A DNA stretch of 64,000 bases, taken from NCBI RefSeq assembly GCF_001194135.2, contig NC_069002.1, positions 25,650,986 to 25,714,985 on the forward strand. Reading direction: 5' to 3'. The notes beneath the pieces were generated by a model, which saw only the letters and a list, made by a program, of their open reading frames with translations, searched no databases and was not told where the DNA came from. This document shows positions 1 through 12,074 of this stretch, one piece after another; within the stretch, counting starts at the first letter, position 1; each line of letters starts with the position of its first letter. Origin of the DNA: Octopus bimaculoides. Taxonomy: Eukaryota. The position numbers and the translations under genes are program-made.

Positions 1-111
1 CAGTACTAGCACCCCCACTGATGAAACATCAAAAATTCCATTTTCTTTTACAGAAGTGTAAAAATAGAAACTATTGAATGAAAAAAATCAATCACACATG
101 TATACGCACGC

Positions 112-143
<32 letters not shown>

Positions 144-1019
144 TAGTGTGTGAATGTGTGTGAGTGTGTGTGTGTGAGCGTGTGTGGTGTCTGCCTATAT
201 GAGCATGTGTGAATGTGCATATGCGGACGTGTGTGAGTCTGAGTGTGTGTGTCTGTGTGTTTGTGTGAGCGTGTGTGAATGTGTGTGTGAGCGTGAGTGT
301 GCATGTTTGTGTGTGTGTATACATACACAGATATATACATATATATGTAAAGAATATAAACATACAATTTTCAAAGCTTTATTGAAACCAGAAGAATGCA
401 ATTTACAAAGAATTTTTCTTGTGTAAGAAGTGATTTGTATTTCTATTTTACAAGCATCGAGTTACTCCTCGGTCAATACATAAATAAATAAAGATGTAAA
501 AAATAAATAGGCAGCTAGCAAATAGGTAGGTGGCTACGTGGCTAGTTATGTAGTTATGCATACATACTGCCAAAGACAGAAAAATAAATTTATGCCCAGG
601 ATTAGTTAGGTGGGCATATGTAAGCATTTGTCCTGCTAACCTGCAACAGAAATAGGTAGATAGATAATTTGGTATCTAACAAGTTAACTTACTAGATAGT
701 AGATAGATAATTAACTAGGAAACAACTCAGCACTAGAATTGTATGCTTTTAAAACGAAAACTAGCAACACGAAGTACATTAAATACCACCACAACCACCC
801 CATTAATCGAGCCATTATATTACACATTTCATGAGTGGGAGAAATTTCAGTATACTGGACACATGGTTTTCAAACGGCACAGAGAGCGAAAGTGGTAAAA
901 TAATAGTCATATTTAAACTATCGTTATATCCAAAGTGAAATATATCAACGCACCCGCAAATACATGCGTACAAACACACATCTGCGTACTCATACATGTT
1001 GGTTTAACACACCATCCAC

Positions 1020-1610
1020 TTAAACTATAATGTAACCAGCATGCACATAACTTCCGAAATCCAACTGGACACACAGAACATTGTTAATATGTATTTGACA
1101 TATGAGGGACAAACATAAATATTTATCATCAATTGAAAAGTCCTAGGATATATGAAAAATGTACCACTAACTTTCGACCTCTGGGTCTTTTCAAATTCAA
1201 ATCTCACCGAGTATCATTCATGTTTCCTCACTACAAGTGTCAGTCCTTTATTTTATCCATATGGCTTACAGTTTACGGATCAAAAGTGGTAAATCTCAAG
1301 ATCAAAGTTTTTTGAGGGCTAATGGCTATGATGGAGATAGGCCGAGTATAAGTACACGAATACTTGACGGTGTGAACATTTGTAGTTCCTAAGTAAATAC
1401 CAGAAAAATGTTCCTGGGATGGAAAAATGTTCTAGTTTTCATTGGTGTATATGCAACAGAATAGTGGTATATTTTCGCGTATCCTAAATTTGTCAGTTGA
1501 TAATAGAATTTATGTTAGTCCCTCATATCTCAAATATATACTGACAAAATGGTTTGTGTGTCTGTTTGGGTTTCTGAAGCTGTTTGTATGTTGGTTGCAT
1601 CGTAGTTTAA
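1020..1610. mobile_element. Old foldback/MITE-like inverted repeat (arms about 1020-1168 and 1463-1610)
   Basis: Reverse complement of 1020-1168 aligns colinearly with 1463-1610 (e.g. atttatgtttgtccctcatatgtcaaata vs atttatgttagtccctcatatctcaaata); roughly three-quarters identical by eye; no TSD seen. Confidence 0.6.
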
Positions 1611-1939
1611 ATAGATGGCCTGTTAAACCAATATATCTTTGATTTTTGAGCCATTGTACTGAAGATGCAGCTTCAATTAAATTTTATCCCATTCTAGGTG
1701 CACATTTTTTATGCACCAGGTGTATCCTCTCATGTGTGTGTGTGTGTGTGCGTGTGTGTGCGCGCGCGCATGTGTATGTTCTTAGTATCACATACTTAAT
1801 GTATGTGTGCTGTTAACACTATTTCGTTTAAAGGATATTCTTTTAAAGGTGCGTAATGTTAAAAAGCACAGTATCCTTTAAAACTAGGTGCTATTGCACA
1901 CCAACAAATAGATTTTACACTATTTGTCTATACTTCTAG

Positions 1940-2680
1940 CAGGCTATTTCGGATTCGTTTCGGGAGTAGCACGATTACACGGCACCGATGAGCAGCAAAA
2001 ATTGTCAAAGCTCGTTTCGTCTAGTTTTGAAGCATACCTTGTTTTTCTAACACTGTATGTCTTTAAAGGAGACGTTCCTTTGACGAAATATCGCTGCTAC
2101 GAGTTTTTAACAACTCACTAACTGTAAAGTATGTAATATTGATGTCTACATTATTGAGCTGCTTCAAATACAAAATTTGAATATATATATACATATGTAT
2201 ATATATAATATATATGTGTGTGTGTATGCATGTATGTAGGTACGTACATACATACATACATAGACATAGAAAGAGTGGTAGGTAATAGAATTTAGATAAT
2301 CGTATATACAAAGATAAGTAAAAGGTATAAATAAATAGATAAAATATTTATTAAATGCCGAAGAAAATTAGGTGAGATTGGAGCCATATATGGGCCGGAT
2401 GCGAGGTTAAAGTTCAGCAGAGTAAATACAAGAATACTTACTTTTGTTTGGCGGTTTTAAGATTTACTTACTTAAGAATTTGCATCTAGCAATTCTAATT
2501 CCGGTGTTGGGGTGAGACCGGAGTAGATCGCTGAAAGGGTAGATGGCGATTTGTTGTTGTTGTTTGAAATTTTTTGCTATTGTTGTAGGTATATTTATTT
2601 ACTTATTTAATCTGAACGTCCGCGTAAAGATGGTAAGCCGTGGCAGACTGAGGAAGCTCTATATAATAACCCCGATGCAA
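1940..2680. promoter_or_regulatory. CpG-enriched region around the putative first exon; possible promoter/5' end
   Basis: Visibly more CG dinucleotides than flanking non-repeat DNA; lies at and upstream of the candidate ATG at 2543. Confidence 0.35.
2543..2632 (+). CDS. Candidate first coding exon, MAICCCCLKFFAIVVGIFIYLFNLNVRVKM (signal anchor/type II membrane N-terminus), unknown protein
   Basis: ATG 2543, 30 open codons with a hydrophobic stretch, ending at a strong donor ATG|gtaagc (2633), phase 0. Confidence 0.55.
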
Positions 2681-2892
2681 ATGAATACAATAAATATACA
2701 AAAATGAGAAAAAAGATGTGAAAAAGAAGAACTGATAAAAAAAAACCCAGTTAAATATTTCTGTTGTTAAATAGTTTTGTAGCCTTTATCAATAGGAAGA
2801 TCGTATTTATATCTCGTGTATTCCCGAAAATAAATTTTACCTCCAGTCTTGGTAGATTTCTTAAGATCATTTAAAAATATCCTCTTTCTTAG

Positions 2893-3069
2893 AGTCGTAA
2901 CTTTTGCATTCGAACAAATAATGGCATAAGGTTTCTGAATAGTCTCCACAAGAGCATTAAGGTGATTCTATACGACCTGTTCGTGAAAGAATATAGCTCA
3001 AAGGAATATGGTCCGTTTGAAGCCAACAAAGTCTTTGTTGACCTTACTGCCATGTTTGGAGAAGTGACG
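2893..3069 (+). CDS. Candidate second coding exon, SRNFCIRTNNGIRFLNSLHKSIKVILYDLFVKEYSSKEYGPFEANKVFVDLTAMFGEVT
   Basis: Acceptor atcctctttcttag| at 2892, 59 open codons, donor ACG|gtgaat at 3070; phase 0-0, in frame with 2543-2632 across a 260-bp GT-AG intron. Family not recognised. Confidence 0.6.
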
Positions 3070-3663
3070 GTGAATGAAACATTAAAATAAATATTGAATT
3101 TGGGAAATTGTTGATTATCAAATTTGTTTGCAAAAAGAAGTGATAAAAAAAAAGAAAAGAAAAATTGATTGACTGGTAAAGCGGCAAATATTTGGATGAA
3201 AAACTAAACATGTATGAAACTGTTCTTAAACAGACTGCTTGCCAAAAAGGTAGAATATGAAAAGAAAGACAGTTTTAACATATACATATATGTTTTTATG
3301 CCAAAATATTGCTTGATGTTGGTAAAGATAAATGTATTAAGAAGTAGACCTTCAATCAACAACGTATTTATTCTGTTATAAATCAACCACGACGGGAAGA
3401 TAGAAAACACGAATAGAAATGTCCAGTTAAAATGACGGGTAAACAAAAGTTAGTATTTATGTAGAGAAGTTTATATAAAGATCTGTATGCTTGTGTATTT
3501 TAGTTCAGAGAACGGGATATTAGAATGTATACGTATTTGTGAAATGGGTCTTTTTTGTCTTAAATCAACTTTCATTGTCACGAGGGTGACAACATGCCTC
3601 GTATGCCATATATGTGTCCCGGGTTCACCCAATGTCATGGCTAATGATTTAGGTCAGTGAGGT

Positions 3664-4411
3664 CAGTGGTTCTCAACCTTTTTCACCTCCGGGCCCACTT
3701 TTTTATGACCAAAAGATCTCAGGCCCACTGACCTCTAAACCAGTTATCCGACCCTCTTCCGGAATATAAACCCCATGAAGTAGTTATTGTTTCCACATGC
3801 TAGCTTCATGTACGGGTACAATCACAATCGTTAAATAAATACTACATCAGTGTTATAATATCTTCTTGTTTATGGAACCTGCAAGCAAAAAAAAAAAAAA
3901 AAAACCATCTAAAAATGGAAGCAAAGTATATTTACATTTTCATTTACAAGAAAGGAAGAAGCAATTTAATGGCTACATTGCGGTTGGTGTTTTTCAATTA
4001 GGTTGGTAAGACTAACAAATTACCATTAATTACATAATGAATAGCAAAAAGAGATTATGCATTCTTTTCATAACATTTCGTGGTCGGCATAACCATGCTG
4101 TGTGATGATAGAATGGAGGATGAATAATGAACTATTTGTTGGCAAGAAGTAGAGATTATTTCCTCTCTAACAAAAATGAAGTTTTACTCACTTCTTATGA
4201 TGTTTTTCTCATAAGTGCATTCAAAACTGCGTGTGAATTGAAAGCTACACCAGTGACTTCGATGTGCAATTATCTGAGACTTCCATTTTGATCTTTTAGA
4301 TTTGTTACGTTTTTTGTTACGTTTCTCAGGCATCCTCAAAATTTTCCCAGGCCCACTCAAAACTTTCCCAGACCCACTAGTGGACCTCAGGCCCAACGTC
4401 GAGAACCACTG
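3664..4411. mobile_element. Non-autonomous hAT (Charlie/Buster-type) element
   Basis: TIRs CAGTGGTTCTCAAC (3664) / GTCGAGAACCACTG (ends 4411); 8-bp TSD ATTTAGGT at 3647-3654 and 4412-4419 (NNNTANNN); subterminal GGCCCACT motifs. Confidence 0.85.
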
Positions 4412-5146
4412 ATTTAGGTGACATTCTCCATAGAAAATGATAAATCTAGATTATTTATTAAATTCGAAAGAGCTGAAAGAATAACATGGATGTGCGAAAA
4501 GTAGCTGGATATTTTCATTAGCTAAACAAAATGGTGCTCTCAACTACGCATGCGCATGAGCCAACGGGATTCTGTGGTAGAAGAAATTTAATGATTGGTG
4601 GGAATAACAATCAAATGGATGCGCCAAGTTTTCAAGACTTTTTTTGTTCCTCCAACACCATAATCAATCATTGAGTGACCCCCGGTTGGTGTCAAGATTT
4701 ATCAACGTTGTATGTAATCCAAAACATTTAATTGATGGTGGAGTGGTGAGCTCGCTTTTTAGTTTCGTTGAACATGTTCTGTGACCCCTGATTTATGGAT
4801 GTATTCCAACTAAAACCTACCTTTGATACAGTCACCGTTACTGTTGTATAGCCCCAGGTCAGCCCTGATCGAGCAAACAGTCATAGCGCTCTCGTCTTTA
4901 TTGTATATCACGGACAAGATTGTCATATATACTCTTCTTATCTTCTTATTTTAAACTGTAACATAATTGTTTTCAATATTTTTGACTTCAGGCTATACAG
5001 AAGATCAAATATATGACTATTCGTACGATTTATATGAAAAGCAAAAAGTAAAACTGTTTAAAGTTTAAAATTTATTAAAAAAAATTAAAGTTTATTGCTT
5101 CAGCACCTTTGTTTCATTAATCATATTTGTGCGTAACGAAATTAAA

Positions 5147-5410
5147 GACGCAGTATGGCCGAATGGTTAAGAATACTGCTTCGCAACCACAAAATCCTGG
5201 GTTCGCTCCTACTGTGTAAGACATCTTGGGTAAATGCCATCTTCTATAACTTCGTATCTTGTGAGTGAGAGTGAGTAGATGGAAACTGTAAAGAAGCGTT
5301 ATCGATTGATTGTGATTCTGTGCCATACCGATCTACCTGAGAATTATATTAAGGGTACACGTATCTTTGGAACGTTCAACCACTTAGACGTTAATTCAGA
5401 AGCAAGTTAT
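5147..5410 (+). mobile_element. tRNA-headed SINE, family C, degraded
   Basis: A box TGGCCGAATGG, B box GGTTCGCTCC; body (ctacctgagaattatattaagggtacac) resembles 20115-20360 and 44435-44745. Confidence 0.6.
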
Positions 5411-5439
5411 TAATTTGACTGAATAACTGAATCCTCATT

Positions 5440-5843
5440 GTTGAACGACGGAGATCCACTTCTACGCCCATCACAAAATTATAAATAACATTTTTAAAAA
5501 GAAATTCATGTACTTTTTGAAGATATTCTTGTAAGAACATATATTTCATCAAGCCTAAAATAGCATTTTTTAAAAGTGTCCGTGCCACTTGAAACACTGC
5601 GTCGCCGAAGTTTAACGCAAAATTTCACGCTGGTTCTTTGTTCCTGTCTATGACAAAATCGCAGACTACAGCATATATAGAACCACAAAATCAAATTTCC
5701 TGACTTGCGAAGTAAACACAGTGATGGCACTCGGCACACTGCCTCATGAAGGTCACTGCTAGCTCTCACTGCGCAGGCAACCGTGTGCTGCCATCTGCTG
5801 GCATGCTACAGAATTAGTCCGGGAACGTTTTGATACCTCCTCG
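5440..5843 (-). mobile_element. Mariner 5' end relic
   Basis: - strand TA-CGAGGAGGTATCAAAACGTTCCCGGACT terminus followed by QEQRTSVKFCVKL, typical of the mariner transposase N-terminus; frameshifted. Confidence 0.75.
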
Positions 5844-6339
5844 TACATGATAGTATTATTAGTATTAGAAATTGTATTGATGTTATGATTATTTTTATTT
5901 TTAATAAGATAATAATTAATATTAACGTTATTAAGATTCTTATAATTTAAGGAAGATATAATTCCACTTAAATTAGGTATTGTGGAATAGGAGAATTTTA
6001 TTGTGTATTGAATATTTTGTGGTAATTATTATTATTTGGCGGGAAGTGTTTTTCTAATTGTTGAAAGAATAGAAAGGTATTTTAGTGGATACATTACTAC
6101 TAAATGGAGCATTGATGAATAACAGAAGCTATTGACTACTTAAAACATGTTTCCAGTTTTATCAAAATGCACTAGAATTCCTGAAGCATTTTAAAGTTTT
6201 TTAATTAAATAATTTAATCTATGAAGATGTTCATTATAACGGAGAGGATGGCGCTTGAATTTTGATGTTCTCAATGATATTCAATAAGTCTTCTTGAAAT
6301 CCAATTATATGTTAGTATTGTGGTAGATTTTTACGAGAT

Positions 6340-6590
6340 TTAAAATAATGTTTTAAGTAGTTAGTAGATTCTATTATCTATGAACTAATCCTATTCTTCT
6401 TTACAAAGTTCTTATTTTTGCTGTGAAAAATACTGATCCTAACAAAAAAGAAATTGATATAATTGTACATGCCAGAAAAAAACAAACTATTATTAAATTT
6501 GAAAATAAACAATAGATTACAAAAAAACCCTGTCGATTTTGACACCACTTATCACTATGGGGTCTAATGATTCTGAAGAAGTTACAGAAT
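6340..6590 (+). mobile_element. Older, AT-rich Penelope-like RT relic
   Basis: Fragments KNTDPNKKEIDIIVHARK and ITMGSNDSEEVTE match the IMHA and MGxYDxA motifs of the copy at 9214-10130. Confidence 0.5.
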
Positions 6591-6731
6591 ATTCAACATA
6601 CAGTAGAATTCTCCTATTCCACAATACCTAATTCAGGTGATATATCTTCCTAAACTTAAGAAGCCTAATAACATTTATAATTATTACTACCCTATTAAAT
6701 ATAGCAATAATCGTAATATCACATCTAATCT

Positions 6732-6732
<1 letters not shown>

Positions 6733-6775
<43 letters not shown>

Positions 6776-6776
6776 T

Positions 6777-6808
<32 letters not shown>

Positions 6809-6826
6809 CTGCTGCTACTGCTGCTG

Positions 6827-6896
<70 letters not shown>

Positions 6897-6925
6897 GGAT
6901 AATAATGATAATTACCATAATAATC
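6733..6925. repeat. Compound microsatellite (ACT)n-(GCT)-(ACT)n-(AAT)n
   Basis: Directly visible. Confidence 0.95.
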
Positions 6926-7104
6926 ATATTGAAAATGGATCATATTACAATATTTTCAAGAACAATATCATTATAAGATTAAATTCAATTAAATTATGTA
7001 ATTGTCGAATAAATACTTTTGTCCTTTAAATAATAAATGTCTTCTGGAAAACATAATTTATAAAAGGTCTGTCCATACTCGCCAAAAAACATACCAATAC
7101 ATAT

Positions 7105-7302
7105 GATGAGCTGGCAGAATCGTTAGCACACCGGGCGGTATTTTGTCCGTTTTGACATTCTGAGTTCAAATTTTGTCGAGGTCGGCTTTGTCTTTCATCC
7201 TTTCGGAGTCAATGAAATAATTACCAGTTGAGTACTGGGGTCGATGCAATCGACTTATCTTCTCCCCGAGCTTGCTGATCTTGTGCCAGAATTTGAAATC
7301 AA
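7105..7302 (+). mobile_element. tRNA-derived SINE, family A (about 210 bp)
   Basis: GAGCTGGCAGAATCGTTAG head, GAGTTCAAAT B box, CTTTCATCCTTTCGG body; a dozen related copies in the window. Confidence 0.85.
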
Positions 7303-7427
7303 TATATGGGTGCCATATCTACGAAATTTAAATTGTATTATTATAACCACATTTCTTCATTCAAGTACACAAGAAAAATCTAACAATACATCTTTAGCCA
7401 ATCTTATTTGGGAGTCAAAAGAAACAC

Positions 7428-7920
7428 CGATGTTTCGCAATTTTTGTGGCTTATCAACATCACGTACCCGAACCGAATTGGAGGTGAACTAAATCGCCAG
7501 TCCATGACTATATACAAAGAGTGTAAAACCAAATTTGCTGGTATGCTCCGGCGATATTTACATAAAAACAAATTCAAATAGGGATTAGAAGTAGTCGCCC
7601 CTGAATAGTATTTGGGTCTTTTCTGTCAATGACTTTCAGGTGTTTTAACACCCAGCGCTTTGAGTGAGTAATCTCCGCCGTGCTATATTGCAGCCAACCG
7701 GCAGATAAACTCGGTTTAAGCGTTGAGTGTTCGATAATATTTCCAACAATAGATTTATTTCTAATCCAGATTTGAATCTATTCTTATGTAAACATTGTCG
7801 GGGCATACCAGCAAATGTTTTTTACACTATTTGTATATAGTCACGGACTGACGATTCTGTTCGCCTGCAATTCGGTTCGGGTACGTGATGTTGATAAGTC
7901 ACAAAAATGGTGAAACATCG
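7428..7920. mobile_element. Foldback MITE with about 163-bp arms (7428-7590, 7759-7920)
   Basis: Arms about 86% identical by eye, including a 40-bp block with one mismatch; about 170-bp spacer; no clear TSD. Confidence 0.85.
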
Positions 7921-8079
7921 ATGCCCATCACTCCTGAATGGGATTCAGAGCGAGTTGTCGCGCCTGTGTATGACTTGCAAGTCTTTTAACAACCAACACT
8001 TTGAAGGAGTCAACTTCACCACACTAAAAGTAGCATGACGACGAACAAGTAAAGTGTATATATTGAGTATGTGTGTTCG

Positions 8080-8082
<3 letters not shown>

Positions 8083-8166
<84 letters not shown>
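8083..8166. repeat. (CA)n microsatellite
   Basis: Directly visible. Confidence 0.97.
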
Positions 8167-8168
<2 letters not shown>

Positions 8169-8184
8169 GTAACTCCTTTTGTGT

Positions 8185-9218
8185 GTTGTCGGGATGATCC
8201 TTGGAAGGGTTGTCTTAAACAGACTAAGTGATGCCCTTGCTAGCTTAACGTTGCCTGAAACTCTAGTTTTCGGGCTGGTAGATGCACAGTGGATATGATT
8301 TTCAGCCTGAAGCACTTGTAGACCTAACTAAAGCTTTCGACAGTGTACCTTGGGTCATCCTTAGAAAGCTAGGCGTTCCCGAAAAGATGCTCAATATCAT
8401 AATTTCTTTCCATCAAGGGATGATGGTTTCTGTTAGAAGTGTCCGATTCATTAACAATCTCAAATAGAACAAAACAAGGCTGTGTTCTTGCATCGCTCTT
8501 CTTTGCTTTGTATTTCTTCGCCATGTTGGAAACAGCGTTCGAGGATCTTAAAGAGGGAGTAAAATTTGAGTACATGACCAGTGGTAACTCGTTAAACAAA
8601 CTGCACTTCAAAGCCAAAACTAAGACTTGTTGCAAGTTGTTCGTGATCTGTTCTTCGCAGTCGATTGTGCAAACAATTTCACGCGTGCTCGAAAACTTTT
8701 GGTCTGACCATCAGCATCAAGAAAACTGAGCTTGTCCATCAGTGCATCTGTGACCATCTTGCTGCTGTTACCCCTACTGTATATGCTGACGCGGGAAAGC
8801 ATTAAAAACTGTTTCCTCCTTCCCATGCACTTATCTTGGTTGCATTGTGACCAATGATGCAAAGATGGATAAAGAAATTGAGTCCAGAATGGGGAAGGCT
8901 AGTTCCGCTTTCGGTAAGCTTTATCACAACATTCACAAGGTATTGTTGAAGGTGAAAATCGATGTTTACAAGTCAGTGGTTTTGACATCATTACTTTATG
9001 GTGCTGAATTTTGAACCTTGTACCGAAAGCACAACAACCAGACTGATGCTCCATATGCGATGCTTGCGTACTATTTCCAAAATAAACCTGCGCGACTATA
9101 TTCATAACATCGAGGTGCTAACAAAATGCCACATATCGGATATTGAAGCTGTCCTCATCAAAATACAACTTCAATGGTCAGGAAATCTTTCACATATGAG
9201 TGATATCAGAATCCCGAA
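8185..9218 (+). mobile_element. RTE-clade LINE, reverse transcriptase region, pseudogenised
   Basis: DLTKAFDSV, LGVPEKMLNIIISFHQGM, TKQGCVLA, LQWSGNLSHMSDIRIPK; several frameshifts and stops. Confidence 0.9.
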
Positions 9219-10130
9219 GCACATCACAATCAAAAACCGCAAACTGAACTTTGCCTCTAACCCCAAATGCCGCCTGATCAACCCGGCCAAATCTGAGATT
9301 GGTCAGACGTGAAAATATATACTGAAGAAGATCAACGACGACATAGGGAAAGCCTCCGGTCACTTTCTATGGCGCAGCACCAACGAGGTGACCTCATGGT
9401 TTAATGCCAATCGGTGGAGGGGTAGAGCAAGGTTCACACAATTCGACTCGTCTATATCGAAAGAGTTGCTGATCAAGGCACTTTTCTTTGCTAAGGGTTT
9501 CCCTGGCATTAGCGATAGAGACATAAGCTTCATCATGCACGCCGGGAGAACGGTGCTGTTAGAATAAAGATTCGACATGGGTCAAGCAATCCGACACCGA
9601 AGGTTCCTTCGATGTGGCGATGGGAGCCTACGACAGTGCCGACGTATGGGACCTCATTAGACTATACACCCTGGACACCTTAAGGAAGAAGTTTCCTTCA
9701 GTCCTCTTCGGTCTCTACAGGGATGACACTCTGACCGTCTCTAGAAGAGCCAACAGGCACACACTTGACAGGCTTAGAAAGGACCTGATTAGCGCCCTAG
9801 GTTCCATGAAACTCAAAATAACTACTGAGACCAAACTCTCCACCGTGGACTTCCTAGATGTCACTCTAAACTTGGGCTGCGGTACACATAGGCCCTACCG
9901 AAAACCAAACGAGAAGCTGTCCTGCATCAATACAGCCTCTTGCCATCCTGCTTATTGTGTTCAAGAACCTAGTGAAGGGTGTCAGCAAGAGAATCTCGAA
10001 CTTATCCTTAAATCAAGAAATTTTCCCACGCCACAGCCGCCTATTACAACGAAGAACTGGCGTCCAGTGGGTTCAAGGACCACATCTCCTATATGCCGGG
10101 CCCTAGCGCCCACAGAATATACTGTGACGT
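9214..10130 (+). mobile_element. Penelope-like element (PLE) RT fragment
   Basis: NFASNPKCRLINPAKSEIG, DISFIMHA, FDVAMGAYDSADV, GLYRDD, VDFLDVTLNL, PYRKPN; premature stops; no GIY-YIG end seen. Confidence 0.9.
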
Positions 10131-10249
10131 GACACTAACACACAGACGTAGCGAGAGACGTAAAAAGGTTATAAACTTAATCATGTGTTCATTCACTACA
10201 AACATTTGACGGAAAACATTCAGAGCATTGATTGTTTGGACATGTTCAG

Positions 10250-10379
10250 TCAACCGTGTCAGCCTTAACTTACGACGCTAAACATCGTCACTTGATACTA
10301 ACACACGGACGTAGCTGGGAACCTACAAAAATTTCTAAGACCAGTCACTTTCTGAAAATCAGTGCAAACTGTGAAACCG
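10250..10379 (+). CDS. Weak candidate exon STVSALTYDAKHRHLILTHGRSWEPTKISKTSHFLKISANCET
   Basis: tgttcag| ... ACCG|gtaaaa; phase 0 start is compatible with the exon ending at 3069; could be chance. Confidence 0.3.
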
Positions 10380-10486
10380 GTAAAAGCTTTAAATATATTA
10401 ATAAAAAACATTTTAACTATTCTCAGTGCATTTTCAACTTCCATTTTTCCTATATTTCTACCAGTGTGGAATAAAATAACTTAATT

Positions 10487-10561
<75 letters not shown>

Positions 10562-10795
10562 GCACGCATTGAACTACTTTGTGCGTCCTCATTATATTCA
10601 TGTAGTTGAATGCTCTTTGTTTTCGAAGCACTGTAACTGATCACATGTTTATGCACATACATAGTCACAAACACATAGATATACATACGAACACACACAC
10701 ATACACGCACAAGCACTCACGCACACAAACATATGCATATATATATATGCATATATGCATCTATATTATTTTATGCACATATACATATAAAATCT

Positions 10796-10847
<52 letters not shown>

Positions 10848-11529
10848 AATTGGAGTGTGTTGATAAAGAAAGAAGATAACTAATCACAAGATAATCATTT
10901 AACCAGTTAGGTCAATAGATCGATAGATCAATAGATCAATAAACAAATCAGTTAAGCCGACAAACAAAAAGTTAAATCGATAGGTAAATATTTAAATTAA
11001 TATATAAATAGATAAAACTTTCAATTTTAGTTTAAAGATCTATCGATTTTTATCGCTTTCATCTTTATGGAACTGTAATTTACCATCATTAGTTAATATC
11101 ATGACTACTTAGTGTTTCACACACAAAACTGGCTGTTTTACAAAGTTCTGTCATTGCACTGCGGCCATGCTGGATTATTGCCTTTATTAAGTCGATAATC
11201 TCGACATTTACCAATTCTTAAGAAAGAGACAACTGGGCGCAGCTGTTCGACGCTGACGATCTGGCACGGCTTACTGGACTGTTAGCCTGTTTTGGCGACA
11301 GGACTTTTTAGTGCTGGAAGTAAACACTGACGTATATACGTATGCATAGACTCACACACATTCATGTGCAGAAACATACACACACAGATAGGAAGGATGA
11401 GAGAGGTGTGGAGAGAGGTGGGGAGAGAGACATTGCAATCTGTTAATTGTACACAAATGACTAAAAACTCTCTCCCCTCGCAGACGCAGAGAAATGCGCT
11501 TGAACACATAAAGAGAGACTAAGAGAGTG

Positions 11530-11530
11530 A

Positions 11531-11617
<87 letters not shown>

Positions 11618-11761
11618 GGATAGAGGGAGAGAGAAAGAGAGTTAGTGAGAGATAGAAAGAGAGTGAGAGACCTTAACATTTATCAATTAAGTGTGATTCA
11701 TATAAATGCCTTTCTTCTCCACGCAGAGAAATAAGTTTACACACACATAAACAGAGAGAAA

Positions 11762-11800
<39 letters not shown>
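11530..11800. repeat. (GT)n/(GA)n microsatellite cluster
   Basis: Directly visible. Confidence 0.9.
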
Positions 11801-11802
<2 letters not shown>

Positions 11803-12074
11803 AGAGCAGGAGAAAAGGAGAGAAGGAGAGGATGAGAGAAACATTAAAACGTCTAATCTCAAATAAGTCAGCATCGAATCAATGTGCTGCTAAATAGGCA
11901 GCGCCAAAATGGCTATGCCAAAACGTCTCATACCCCAGAATTTATACCTATCAAGTAATTAATTTATTGCTTTCTATTTATCAAAGGGAAAGTTGAGTTA
12001 CTTTTTTGTTGTAAAGAACATAATTAAGCTTACTGTTTTACATTCAGCATAACTAAATATGGAAACAGGAACCA

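Noticed and set aside
10-45. CTGATGA as a possible hammerhead core (also 23601, 49806, 60452)
   Set aside because: No stem II followed by GAAA.
5147-5230. tRNA genes at SINE heads (also 22906, 39719-39779, 44435, 51349)
   Set aside because: A/B boxes are present but acceptor and anticodon stems do not pair, and each continues into a SINE body.
11223-11320. CpG-rich 100-bp block with possible exons on either strand
   Set aside because: The + reading needs weak splice sites; the - reading from the best acceptor has stops in all frames.
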